In this document: in pieces, positions 24,801 through 39,100 of the stretch
Layout of the letters: the number at the start of each line of letters is the position of its first letter
Numbering within the stretch: the stretch's first letter is position 1
Assembly: GCF_902713615.1 (NCBI RefSeq)
Contig: NC_052149.1
Span: forward strand, 87,995,519 to 88,059,518
DNA: 64,000 nucleotides
Source of the DNA: Scyliorhinus canicula
Taxonomy: Eukaryota
Direction: 5' to 3'
The notes under the pieces: model-generated
Told to the model about the DNA's origin: nothing
The model's input: the letters and a program-made list of their open reading frames with translations, nothing else
Database searches by the model: none
Program-made: the position numbers and the translations under genes

Positions 24801-27125
24801 CTCGGCACCACCCGTGTTTTGAGTACTTTGCCTTAGCGAAACCCTGCCCAAACCCTCTAACCTTCGGCATGCCCCAAACATGTGAACATGATTTGCCGGG
24901 CTTCCTGTGCACCTCGCACACTTGTCCTCAACCCGAAAAGCTTGCTCATCCAGGCCACCGTCATGTGTGCCTGGTGGACTACCTTGAATTGTATCAGGCT
25001 AAGCCTGGCACATGATGAGGATGTATTAACCCTGCTTAGTGCATCCACCCATAGACCCGCCTCTATCTCTCCTCCTTGCTCGTCCTCCCACTTGCCCTTA
25101 AGCTCCTCCGCATCCAAAAGTTCCTGGTAAATATCTGATACCTTCCCCTCTCCCACCCAGGTACTGGAGACCGCTCTGTCCTGTATCCCCCGTGGCGGCA
25201 GCAGCAGGAAGCCCGGAACCTGCCCTCTCAAGAAGTCTTGCACCTGCAGATACCTAAACCCATTCCCTGCTGGCACTTCAAATTTATCCCCCACAGCTTT
25301 CAAGCTGGGGAAGCTCCCGTCTATAAATAGATCTCCTATCCTCCTAATTCCTGCCCTTTGCCATCTCTGGAACCCACAAACCAATGGTTATTATCTTCAC
25401 TCGTGGGGTTTTACCCGCCCACACAAAGCCTGAAATAACCTCATTCACCCGCTTGAAAAATGCCCTTGGGATGAAGATGGGGGGGCACTGAAAGACAAAC
25501 AGAAATCTGGGGAGGACAGTCATTTTCACAGTCTGTACCCTCCCCACCAGTGATAGCGGGAGCATGTCCCATCTCTTAAAGCCCCCTTCCACCCTTCCAT
25601 TTGTTCTACCAACTGGGACAGGTTTAACTTGTGCAGTGCCTCCCATTCCCGGGCCACCTGGATTCCCAGATATCGAAAGCTCTTCCCTACCATTCTAACC
25701 GGCAGATCTCCCAGTCTCTTCTCCTGTCCTCTTGCCTGGATCGCGAACATCTCGCTTTTCCCCATGTTCAATTTATATCCTGAAAAATTACCAAATTCCC
25801 TGAGGATCTGCATAACTTCCCCTATCCCCTCCAACGGGACTGAATTATACAAGAGCAGGTCATCTGCATAAAGTGAGACCCAGTGCTCCACCTCGAACCA
25901 GCCCTTTCCACTTCCTAGAGGCTCTTAACGCCATGGCCAATGGCTCTATGGTCAGAGCAAACAGTAACGGGGAGAGGGGGCACCCATGGCTCGTCCCTCG
26001 ATGTAGTTTCAAATACCCCGACCTCAGCCGGTTCGTACGCACACTCGCTACTGGTGCCTGATTAGAGCAACTGTACCCAATCGATGAAGCCCTCACCAAA
26101 CCCAAACCTTCCCAGCACCTCTCACAAGTAACCCACTCCACCCGATCAAAAGCCTTCTGTGCATCCATCGCTACTACCATCTCCATCTCCCATCTTTCTG
26201 AGGGCATCATAATAACATTTAAAAGCCTTTGAACATTGGCCTTGAGGTGCCTGCCCTTTACAAATCCCATCTGGTCTTCCCCTATCACCCCCGGGACACA
26301 ATCCTCTATCCTTGTGGCCAGTATCTTAGCCAGCAGTTTGGCATCCACATTCAGTAGAGAAATCGGCCTGTATGACCCGCATTGCTCTGGATCCTTCTCC
26401 CGTTTCAGGATCAATAAAATCGAGGCTTGCCACATTGTTGGGGGAAGGACTCCCTTCTCTCTTGCTTCATTAAATGTCCTCACCAGCAGTGGGCTCAATA
26501 TTTCTGAAAACTTCTTATAGAATTTCACTGGGTAGCCGTCCAGCCCCGGGGCCTTGCCCGACTGCAAGCCCTCCAGCCGCTCAATTATTTCCTCGATTTC
26601 AATTGGGGCTCCCAGCCCTTCCACCAGATCCTCATCCACCCTCTGGAACCCCCCCCCCCCCATAACCCAAAGATGTGCAGGGTAGGTGGATTGGCCACAC
26701 TAAATTGCCCCTTGGAAAAACTGAATTGGGTACGCTAAATTTAAGAAGAAGAAAAAAACTGACCCAAAAACTGCCTCATCCCCTCTACCCCCGCCGGGGG
26801 GTTCCGACTCATATAATTTGCTTAAAAAGTCCTTAAACATCTCATTCACCCCCACTGGGTCCAGGACTGTATTCCCACCTCTACTCTTTACAATCCCTAT
26901 CTCCCTGGCCGCCTCCTTTTTCTGAGCTGGTGCGCTAACATTCTGCTCGCCTTTTCCCCATACTCATAAATCCCCCCCCCCCCCTTGCCTTCCTCAGCTA
27001 TTCCACCGCTTTCCCTGTAGTCAACAGCCCACCTCCACTGGTAACCTCCGCCGCTCCCTCAGTAGCCCCAGTCCAGGGCCTCCAAGTATCTCCTGCCCAC
27101 CTGGAGTATCTCCTCAACTAACCTA

Positions 27126-27159
<34 letters not shown>

Positions 27160-30100
27160 TCCTTTGCCGTGACTAGTATCCTCCCTGTCCTGGATTTTGA
27201 CCGGTCCAATTCCGGATCAATGATTGTAGCCCTCTCTAAGCACAACAGAAACACGTTTGGAACTTAACCAACCAACCCCACAAATACAAACACCTTTGTC
27301 CAGCAGGAATATAACTATAGGTTTTACCCTTCCAGGCACAGAAATATTAAATTAAACAAACTTAAAATTGTACTGTATTTCTAATGTTTACCAATGCAAA
27401 TATCAATCCCTTCAAAACTACCTAATGGCGGCTCAACACCACCTTCTCATGGGTAATTAGGGATGGGCGATAAATGGTGGTCCAGCCAGTGATACCCACA
27501 TCCCTTACGAATAATTATAAAAACAATGATCTCTGATGGGGTCACTTTAGTGTTGGATGATAATAAAATGGTTATGACAAAGTCCCGTTTCCCCACACAC
27601 TCACACACCACAGTGACCTTCGATGTTGCCTTTTCTTCTTGCAGTCTCATCTGCTTATACCTTGGGGATAACGGGCTTTCAGATTCTGGTCTGCGGAAAA
27701 TGACTGCACCCATCCGAGTGAAAAAGAAAGGTTTGGGGAATCTGGAAGTGCTGGATCTGTCTGGTAAGTTTATAGGTATTCCAAGTAACTCTGGGTAATT
27801 CTTTTTCAATAACAAGTTTTTAAAAAGGTTATCAGTGCAAAACTAAGGTAACAAATGTTGTGGAGGAAGAATCTTGTAGGGGTCCAGCCTGAGGGCTATG
27901 GTGACGGCAGCATTGCCACTGGCACCAAGGAGATACATGGAGAGCCCAGTGGTGTACAGGACCAGAAGGAGAGTGTAGAGCTGCCGAGAGGAAACAAGTT
28001 TAGATATTTACAGGTAAGGGACTTTGCACGAAAGGCTTGGAAAGAGTCCCTCAAGCTGCCGAAGTATGCCCTCCTGGAGCGGTTGCTGCTCCCGGATGTG
28101 GAATGGGAGGGCAGGAACGGAGACATATATGGATAGCTGGGAGAACAGGGGGGTGAGAAGTTGATGAAGAATAAGGAGAAGTGGGGGGGGAGAGATAAAT
28201 TGGGGAGTGTGGCGTGAGGCATTACGCAGGGTAAAAGCGACCGCCTCATGTGCAAGGATGAGCCTGTACAATTCAAGGTGGTACACGGTGCATATGCCTC
28301 AGGCGAGAATGAGTGGTATCTTCCAGTGAGTGACAGACGAGTGCGATAAGTGTGACGGGGGCCAGCAAACCACATACATATGTTCTGGGGCTGTGAGAAG
28401 TTGGGGAAATACTGGGTGGGAATGTTTGCGACACTAAGAAAGATTGTGGGGAGGTCGGGCCGGACCCTGTGGTAGCTACATTCGGGACATCAGATAAGCC
28501 GGAGCTGATGGAGAGGAGGAAGGTCTATGTCATGGCCCCGGCGAAATCTTATTGAAATTGCGGTCAGCTTTAGGCTTTGGACCGCCGACAAGGTACACCA
28601 CGAGTCCGGTGGTGGCGGTGACTCTGAGGATCTGGGGGCAGTGGAGGCGACACAGGGGTGAGGTGGGAGCCTTGATTTGGTCCCCGATTCGAGAGAACTA
28701 TTTGTTTGTTCCGGGAAGGATGGATGGGGGGTTTCTGAGTTGGCATCGAGCAGGAATCAAAAGAATGGGGGACCTGTTTATTGACGGGGCGTTTGCGAGC
28801 CTAGGGGCGCTGGAGGTAAAATTTGGGCTACCCCGGGAAACGCTTTCAGGTATATGCAGGTGAGGGCGTTTGTGAGACGACAGGTGAGGGAATTCCCCCT
28901 GCTTCCAGCACGCAGTATTCAAGACAGGGTGATCTCGGGGGTGTGGGTTGGAGAGGGCAAGGTCTCGGCGATTTACCAGGAGCTGCAAGAGGAGGAAGAG
29001 GCCTCAGTGGAGGAGCTGAAGGGCAAGTGGGAGGAGGAGCTTGGGGAGGAGATCGATGTGGGTCTGTGGGCTGATGCCTTAAGTAGGGTTAATTCTTCCT
29101 CCTCTTGTGCCAGGCTCAGCCTGATACAGTTGAAATTTGTTCACAGAGCGCAGGGGTGGAGGACAGATGTGTGAGGTGCTCAGGGAGCCCAGCAAATCAC
29201 GCTCATATGTTCTGGACGTGCCTGATGCTGGAGGGGTTCTGGAGGGGCTTTGCGACGACTATGTCCAAAGGGGTTGAACACCCGGGTCAAGCCAAGCTGG
29301 GGCATAGCATTATTCGGGGTATCAGGCTTTTTTTAAAAAGCCGCCCTCAATTATTTTAAAGTGTTGTTACTGCTGCTATTATGGAGCCAGTTAGTTTAAT
29401 ATCTCATCCAAAAGACAGCACCTCGGTTCTCCTCTGAAGTGTCAGCCTAAACTATGTGCTCAAGTTCCGGGGCAGGGCTTCAGTCCACAGCTTTTGACTC
29501 GGATCTTTTACATACAGATCGAGCTGGCAGTTGGGGCTGCGATTTAACATCCAAAAGACAACACCTTCAACAGTACAGGATTTCCTCAGTACTGCACTGG
29601 AGTGTCAGTCTTGAATTTTGTGCTCAAGCCCTAGAGTGGGAATTGAACCTCAAACTATGATTCAGAAACAAGTGTGCTCTCAAGTGAGTAGAAGTGAACC
29701 AAGGTTAACTCTGCAGTGCAGGTGTAATTAAGTGCATTACAAAGAAAGGAAATCAATATGGAGTGATTTTACCATTATGATGCAATGGCAGGACTTTGCA
29801 GATGAGTCAGTGGTTAAGAGCATAGCCCATGGGAGTAGTTGGAGCATGCGCAGTATGTGCTGGCGCCTGGGAAAGAGACGCTTCTTTGTTTCACGGGCAG
29901 CGGGGTATTCGAAGAGGAAATTTTGCAAGTGGAAACTCAAACAAAACGTTGCAGAGATATAACAGAATCACTCGCGACATCAGAATCTGAATAACATCGG
30001 CCTTTGAATGTGGAAAAAAAAGAGCATAGCCCACATTAATAATACAAACCAGGAGACTCCAGGTTTCAGTCCCGATCTGTGCTGAAATTGTTATCTTCAG

Positions 30101-33100
30101 GAATGCTTCTCATGTATAATAATTCAGGAAACGTGATGATGTTGAGGGACTGAACCTTTAGCATGTTGTAAACTGTCTTGGGTATTCGCTCTGCCTCAGT
30201 TGGTAGCCCTCTCACCTTTGAATCAGAAAGTTATACGTTCAAAGTGGTGGGCAACAAGGTGGCATGGTGGTTAGCACTGCTGCCTCAAAGCGTCAGACAC
30301 CAGGTGCAATTGCGGCCTTGAGTGACTGTCAATGTGGAGTTTGCACATTCTCCCTGTGTCTGCGTCAGTTTCCTCGGGATGCTCTGGTTCCCGCCCACAA
30401 TCCAACAATGTGCAAGTTAGGTGTATTGACCATGCAAAATTGCCCCTTAGTGTCCAATGGTTAGGTGGGGTTATGGATAAAGGGTGGGGGAATGGGTCTA
30501 GGTAGGGTGCTTGTTCAGAGGGTCATTGCAGACCTGATGGGCTGAATGGCCTCCCTCTGCACTGTAGGGATTCTATGCAATCTCATCCCAGGACCCGAGC
30601 ATAAAAATCACTGACACTGCAGTGTAGTACTGAAAAATTGCTGCTCTATCACATGTACTGTCTTTCAGATAAAATGCTAAGCCACATCTGCCCTCTCAGA
30701 TCGATTTAATAGATCCCATGGCGCTATTTTGAAGATGTCCTGGGCAAATATTTATCCCTCAGTCAATATCACAAAAACAAGTTTCATTGTCATTATCACA
30801 TTACTATTTATGGAGCCTTGCTGTGTGAAGATTGGCTGCTGTATTTCCTACATTACAGCAGTGACTCTATTAAATTGTCTATAAAGCACTTTGGAGCATC
30901 TGTGGTTGTGAAAGTCACTATATAAATGCTAGCTGTTTTAAAATCTGGAGGACACTTCTGTGTGCAATCTCTGTACAAACTACACTGAAAGATTATGGCA
31001 TTACATTAAATTAGATCCGGCAGTGTAGTGGTTACAGGCCAGCAATCCAATGATCAGAATTGCAATCCCAACATGGCAAGGTATGAAATTGAATTCAATA
31101 AATTGAGTAACTTGTGAGCTGGCACACAAAAACATTGCAATAAAACTTCTGTACTGTTTGAAAAAACCCAACTGGTTCAGAGTGCCACATTGTGTGGTTG
31201 ACGTTTAACTCACTTTTTAAGGCCCACCACCACCTTGAAGGAATTATGGATGGGTAATAAATGCCAGTCCTCCATATCCCAAGGACAAATATGAAGAAGA
31301 TGTACAGCTTTGTCTTGCAGAAATTACAGAATAAAGTAAAATCAACATTCTGGGATGTTGTCAGTTCACTTCAAAAATTAAAACATCTTAGTTTCAACAG
31401 TAGGTTCGTTCAGAGTTCTCACAGTAGGTTCCTTAAACGGAAACCAATTATTACCTCCACTGTTGTTTTTTTTTTCTACACCAGATAATCCCAGAATCAG
31501 TGAGCATGGAATACGATATTTGTGCTGCTTTTCAAAGCTGAGGGCTCTGGCTATCTCAGGAACTGGTGTTGCGGTGAGGATATATAAGTTTCCCATTTAA
31601 AAGCCGTTATCTCTGTGGTATCCAGGGGGCAGCACGGTGGTGCAGTGGATAGCACTGCTGCCTCACGGCACCAAGGTCCCAGGTTCGATCCCAGCTCTGG
31701 GTCACTGTTCGTGTGGAGTTTGCACATTCTCCCCGTGTTTGTGTGGGTTTCGCCCCCACAATCCAAAGTTGTGCAGGCTAGGCGGATTGGCCACACTAAA
31801 TTGACCCTTAATTGGAAAAAATGAATTGGGTACTCTAAATTTATGAAGGAAAAAAAAATCCCTATAGTCTCCAAACTGAAGCTGATTCCCTTTTATTACT
31901 ATATATTTGATGAGACAATTCTTTGATATCAGCTACAGATGGGTGGCACGTTGGCGCAGTAGTTAGCATTACTGCCTACGGCGCTGAGGACCCGGGTTCA
32001 ATCCCGGCCTTGGGTCACTGTCCCTATGGAGTTTGCACATTCCCCCCGTGCCTGCGTGGATTTCACCCCACAACCCAAAGATGTGCAGGTTAGGTGGATT
32101 GGCCATGCCAGATTGCCCCTTAATTGGAAAACACAATAATAATTGGGCACTCTGGATTTAAAAAAAAAAAAGGATTTCAACTGCAAATTTAATTAAATCT
32201 AACTTGTTAACACCATCATATATCTGGAATATGTAACATTTGGGAAGTTGGCAACAAAACTTTTCAAAAGAATCGCAGCCTTGATGTCTGTGATTAATCT
32301 CTGACCACATTTCTACTCCATCACCAAGACTGCCTATTTTCACCACTTATTATTGCATAACTGTGTCCTTGCTTCAACTCATCTGCTAAAACAGACATCC
32401 AGGCATTTGTTACCTCTTTTTTTTTTGAAAATGAAAATCGTTTATTGTCACGAGTAGGCTTCAATGAAGTGACTGTGAAAAGCCCCTATTCGCCACATTC
32501 CAGCGCCTGTCCGGGGAGGCTGGTACGGGAATTGAACAGTGCTGCTGGCCTGCCTTGGTCTGCTTTAAAAGCCAGCGATTTAGCCCAGTGTGCTAAACCA
32601 GCCTCTAAATGTGAAGTTGTGTTTTTTTTAAAATAATTTTTATTGGAATTTTTTACAGAAAATATAAAAATATAACAAGTATAGCAACAAGCAGTAATAT
32701 GCAACTAACAGCCCCATAACACCCACAATTCCCCCCATACCGTAACATCACATGTATCACACTCCCCCCACCCCCCCCCAACAAGACAACTTAACCATAA
32801 ATTAAAATTAAATAAATCAAATTTAAATAAAATAAGCAAACATAATCAACGTCTCCCCCCCCCCCCCTCCCACTCCCCCGGGTTGCTGCTGCTACTGTCC
32901 CAGTACCCTATCGTTGAGCCAGAAAGTCGAGGAAAGGTTGCCACCGTTTAAAGAACCCTTGCACAGATCCTCTCAGGGCGAATTTAACCTTCTCAAGCTT
33001 AATGAAGCCCGCCATGTCATTGATCCAGGTCTCCACGCTTGGGGGCCTCGCGTCCTTCCATTGTAGCAAAATCCTTCGCCGGGCTACTAGGGACGCAAAG

Positions 33101-36100
33101 GCCAGCACACCGGCCTCTTTCGCCTCCTGCACTCCCGGCTCTACCCCAACCCCAAAGATCGCGAGTCCCCATCCTGGCTTGACCCTGGATCCCACCACCC
33201 TTGACACCGTCCTCGCCACCCCCTTCCAGAACTCCTCCAATGCTGGGCATGCCCAGAACATATGGGCATGGTTCGCTGGACTCCCCGAGCACCTGACACA
33301 CCTATCTTCACCCCCAAAGAACCTACTCATCCTCGTCCCAGTCATGTGGGCCCTATGCAGCACCTTGAATTGTATGAGGCTAAGCCGCGCACACGAGGAG
33401 GAAGAATTTACCCTCTCCAGGGCATCAGCCCATGTCCCGTCTTCGATCTGTTCCCCCAGTTCCCCCTCCCACTTCGTTTTCAGCTCCTCTACTGACGCCT
33501 CTTCCACCTCCTGCATAAGCTTGTAGATATCGGATATCTTCCCCTCTCCGACCCAGACCCCCGAGAGCACCCTGTCACTCACCCCCCTCGCGGGGAGCGC
33601 AGGGAATCCCTCCACCTGCCGTCTAGCAAATGTCTTTACCTGCAGATATCTAAACATGTTTCCCGGCGGGAGCCCAAATTTCTCCTCCAACTCCCCCAGG
33701 CTCGCAAACCTTCCGTCGATAAACAGGTCCCTCAGCTGTCTAATGCCCGCTCTATACCATCCCCGAAATCCCCCATCCATGTTCCCCGGGACGAACCTAT
33801 GGTTCCCCCTTAACGGAGCCTCCATCGAGCCCCCCACTTCTCCCCAAGTCGCCTCCACTGCCCCCAAATCTTGAGGGTAGCCGCCACCACCGGACTCGTG
33901 GTATACCTCGTGGGAGGGAGCGGCCACGGCGACGTTACCAGGGCCCCCAGGCTTGTATCCCCACAGGACGCTCTCTCCATCCATTTCCATGCTGCCCCCT
34001 CCCCCTCCATCACCCACTTACGCACCATCGACACGTTGGCCGCCCAGTAGTACCCTGAGAGGTTGGGCAACGCCAGCCCCCCCCCATCTCTACTCCGCTC
34101 CAAGAAGACCCTCTTCACTCTCGGGCTGCCATGCGCCCAAACAAATCCCATGATGCTGCTGGTCACCCTTTTAAAAAAGGCGCATTTGTTACCTCTTTAC
34201 TTGACTACTCCAATGTTCTTCTGGCACGTTTCCCATTGTCCGCCTTACATGAGCTCTTCCAAAACTACTGCCCTTACCATAAATTTCACCAAGTTACATT
34301 TGCCCACCACCCTCCTGATTACTGGCCACAACATAGTACTGGCACAGAAACGTACATTGGCTCCTGGTCGAGCAATGCCTCCAATGTAAAACTGCTCTTC
34401 TTTCCCAAAGCTGTGCAGGTTAGGTGGATTGGCCATGCTAAATTGCCCACGGTGTCCAAAGATGTGTAGGTTAACTGAGGTTACAGGGATCGGGTGGGTG
34501 AATGGCATGGAAGGATGTTCTTTCGGAGGGCCAGTGCAGATAGGCTAAATGGCCTCCTTCTGCATTGTAGGGATTCTATGGATTCCTATCTTTGTAACCT
34601 CCTCTGGCCCTATGTTCCTCTGTGATCTCTGCACCCCTCCAATTCTTCCCTTTTGCGTGTCCCAACTTGAACCACTCCACTGTTATCGGCAGTGCCTTCA
34701 GCTGCCTAGGGTCTCAGCACTGGAATTTCTTCCCCTCACTATTTCTCTTTTAAGATGCTCCTTTAAACCAAACTTTTGGCCATCTGCTCTAATATTTCCT
34801 CATGTAGTTTGTTGTACAATTTTGATTACATTCCTGTGAAGCAACTTGGGATATTTTACTACATTGAGGATACCACATAAGGGGTGGCACGATGGCGCAG
34901 TGGTTCGCACTGCTGCCTCACACCGACGAGGACCCAGGTTCGATTCCAGCCCTGAGTCATTGTCCGTATGGAGTTCGCACATTCACCCCGTCTGCGTAGG
35001 TTTCATCCCCACAACCCAAAGATGGGCAGTGTAGATCAATTGACCACGTTAAATTGCCCTTTACAAAAAAAGAATTGGGTACTTTAAATTTATATTTTTT
35101 TAAAAAGGGTACTACACAAGCACAAGTTGTGCTCCAGCTTGTAATTTATCTCTTTGTTTGAGTGACAGTTAAACTGCTCAAGCTTTTCTCTTGGTGTTCC
35201 TGATTTGACTCCCTCTGTCCGATTATTACCCGGTAATTGTTTCTATGTAATACATGATCCTCTGCCTTGACCTTTTTGTTTCATTTTTATTCACTCTCTC
35301 TTCTGAAGGCACTAAATCTTACAGTACAGTTCCACACGCACCAACTGTCAAGTCCAAATGTCTGTTCTGTTTACCTACGTCCCTTGAATATTGGTAGTCC
35401 AGTGTACTCATTGGTAGAAAAGAGCACCTGCCAAACCTGATTCGGCCCTTGTGCAATATCTGGACACACAATGTCCACTGCGGCTTGTTGGACATTGGTC
35501 AGGAGCAGTAGGTTTGATTTTTTTTTCTCTTCCCTTTTACTTGTCCATCGGTGCTGAGACCAATTGTAATACTTCAGCCGCTGTCCTGGTAGAGATCAGC
35601 AAACTCAGTACAACCAGGGTGACCAGCCATCCCTTATTTTTTTTTAATTCATTTTTTCCAATTAAGGGGCAATTTAGCGTGGCCAATCCACCTACCCTGC
35701 ACCTCTTTGGGTTGTGGGGGCGAAACCCACGCAAACACACGGAGAATATGCAAACTCCACATGGACAGTGACCCAGAGCCGGGATCGAACCTGAGACCTC
35801 GGCACCATGAGGTAGCAGTGCTAACCACTGCACCACCGTGCTGCCCAGCCATCCCTTATTTTATGGGACAATCCCACCATTGAGCCCATTGCTCCATGAC
35901 CTGGGCTACATACATCCATAATGCTGCTTTTCCCAAATGGCGTTCAGATAGAGAATCAGCCATGACCATATTGAATGGTGGAGCAGGCTTGAGGGGCCGA
36001 ATCACCTGCTCCTATTTTCAATGCTTAATTTAAATCACGTGCTAGTGCTGTTATTGCTCCTATTTGCATATATTAAACAGTTCTCGCACCCCAGTCTCCT

Positions 36101-39100
36101 TCCCACAGCTCTGGCAGCACCTATATCCTCCTCCTCCCCCCCCCCCCCCCCCCCCCAACACCACTCTAATGGGAGAAAGTCCCTTACTTTTCTTCATGAG
36201 AGTTGATTACCCTGAGTACAACTTAGGGAGGAAACCTAATAAATGTAATGTTGGGTGGCGTATTGAGAAATCGAGTCATCGGGGGAACAGGTCACTGTAA
36301 TGTTGTAATCTTTCGTACAGTTTTCTGCCAATAATCTGTTGCTGTAAGATCTCATCAATATATCCAAACAGCTGAGATCTACTTTTCCCAATTGTCGAAA
36401 GTAAATGATGTAAAAAAAAACGTTTCTCACCATGTTTAACTTTTCTTTGTAATAGCCCGACTGTTCATCAGTCCAAACAATTCAGAGTAAGTTGTCGCTC
36501 TTTCCTGCTGGTGAACCCCTGGAGGAGTTTAAGCATTCGTGCTGCAAGACAGAAGGCTGGGCCGAGCAGGTACTGAATGTGGTAGAAGTGTTCCAGTTTC
36601 CCAGTGTGATTTTGACAATACAAGCTGCGTTTAAAGTTTTCAGATGTGGGTGTTTTAGTAGTTCAGTTCTGAGACCTGAGACCCATCCCCTCCTGATTAA
36701 TAGGTTGAAAGATTCCTTTTAATCTGCTTGTGAAAGTCCCAGGTGAAAATAAGTCTTTCTATCTTTTGGCTTAAAGCATAATTCTACTGCCAAAGTAACA
36801 CAAATTTGACAAGCTCAGCAAAGTCATACAGCTCTATGCGCTCTCTGAAGTTCATTTTAAGACACATTGTTTGGGAGCTTTACCCAGCATCTGGCGATTA
36901 CGGAACTAGATCATGGAGCTTATTGTGCTTTTTTCCCCCTGTTCATTCATGGGGTGTGGGCGTCCTTGGCTGGGCCAGCATTTATTGCCCATCCCTAAAT
37001 GCCTTTGAACTGAGTGACTCGCGAGGTCATTTCAGAGGACATTTAAGAGTCAGCTACATTGTTATGGTCTGGAGTCCCATGTAGGCTAGACTGGTAAGGA
37101 TGCTAGACTTACTTCCCGAAAGGACGTTAGCCCTGATGCCAAGAACCTGAAATTGAAAGCTCTTCATGCTCCAGTGACATAATTGTTCTAATTATTGGCA
37201 GTGTTTCTGGGGCTTCATCAAGAATGCAAGGGGTCACTGCGTTGAATCACTCACTTGGGATGAGTTTTGGGCATTTGCAGAATGAAACTTTGATAGCGGT
37301 AGATGTTTTGTCAAATTGCATTGGAAAAGGAGGGAACTTGAGACAGTTTCACTCTGCAGAGTAGCATTTCCTGTCAACCCATTATGTGCATGAACGTTTG
37401 ATAAAAGTTGCCCCTTTTAACTGTATGTCAATAAAATATATATTCCTGCTTTGATGTGTTCACCTCCTCAATGTAAATGAAAATACTTCCTCATTTACTC
37501 TGTATTGCCTCACAAGCAAAACTCATCTTCCTGTAAAGAATATAGTAGTGCAGTGGTAATGGTACTGGATGTGCAACTCGGAGTTCATATGTTAATATCC
37601 TTCTATGTTAAGTTGTGAGATGGGACTTTAAACCTATAGCAGAATGTTACATCCCCCCCCCCCACCCCCCGTGATTTGCAGCTGGAGGGAGTTTTGGGGT
37701 ACCCGTATAATTCCTCAGATGGCATTCCCACTGGACTCCCACCCACCCCTCACCTATCTGCAATTTTACAGTGAGGCAGTCGAGGGTGAGGCTGATTTTC
37801 CCACCCTTGCTTGGATTTTGCCCTTATGTGGCCAATTAATGACCATTTAAAGGTCATTTCCCACCCAGTCTCCATTATCTGGTTGGAAGGAGTAGTTCAG
37901 GGGCAGGAGAAAAAGCCCCGAAGGTGCCCCTGCTCCGGCCTGGGATGAGCAGGGCAGTGGTGGGGGGAACCTCCTTTCAACATTAGATAACCCCCCCCCC
38001 CCACCCCAAAAAGGTACAATCCCTGGCGGTACTGTTTCCTCCCCCATTCACCCTCAGTGGCCTCTCCACCCAACACCCCCACTGTCCTGATCCTAATCCC
38101 CCACCTCCTAGATATCACCTCCTCTCCATTAGGCTCCCTGCAACCCTGACAACATAAAACTCCTGGCCCTGGTAATTTGTGGACTGGCAGTAGCAAGATG
38201 ACCATGAAAGTTGCTGGATTGTTGTAAAATCTCAACTGATTTATTAACACCACGGGAATGTGCCATCCCTTCTCAGTATGGCCTACATTTGATTCCATCA
38301 CGCTACATAATCGAGTCCTCGTGTCTTTTGAAGTTACCCAGAAAGCCACACTATTGCTGGGAGATAAAATACATTTTCATATCTTTAGTGATATTTCTGT
38401 TCACCCAGAAAACAATTACATTTTGTTCGCTTACTTGTCGAATTTTTGTTTAATTTTTTTTGTTCTTCAGGTGGTTTATCAGTGGGGACGTGTGTCTGTC
38501 AGACGACGCGAGAATATTGGAGGCAGAACAGTGGCACAACAGTTCTGTAAGTATCCTGAACGGAGTGTCCAACTTGATCGTTGAGAAGCCTTGTGAAACC
38601 CTGATGTTCACCTAAATCCAATAAATTGGAACCTGGTCAGATTGTGAGCTTTGTGTCCTCTTCCCAACGTATGTTCTCACCTATCTTTGTGTTATCAGCA
38701 AATTTTAGCAACCATACATTCGGTTCCTTTATCCAAGTCATTCACATAAATTTAAGTAGTTGAGACCCCAGCACTGATTCCTGTAGCACTCTATTCATCA
38801 CATTTGCCAAACTGAATATGAAACATTTATACCTACTGTTTCCTGCTAGCTAACTGATCCTCTATCCATGCTAATATGTTACCTCCTAGACCACAAGCTC
38901 TTGTTTTGCATCATACCCTTTGTTGCGGCCCCTTGTCAAATACCTTCTGAAAATCTAAGTATAGCCCATCCACATGTTCCCCTTTATCCGTGTTACTTCC
39001 TCAAAGAACTCCAATAGTTTAGTCGAACATGATTTCCCTCTTACATAACCATGTTGACTTCGCCTGGTTGCATTGAGATTTTCTAAGTGTCCTACTATAA

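Noticed and set aside
27128-27156. Long poly-C runs (also near 9681, 20495, 36137, 45190) as functional G-quadruplexes
   Set aside because: Homopolymers, several within repeats; lengths are unreliable in assemblies and nothing supports function
29776-29992. Possible C/D-box snoRNA (ATGATG...CTGA)
   Set aside because: Box C is imperfect, no convincing terminal stem, no recognisable guide
31623-32172. tRNA genes suggested by A/B boxes
   Set aside because: These are SINE heads continuing into the V-domain; no full cloverleaf
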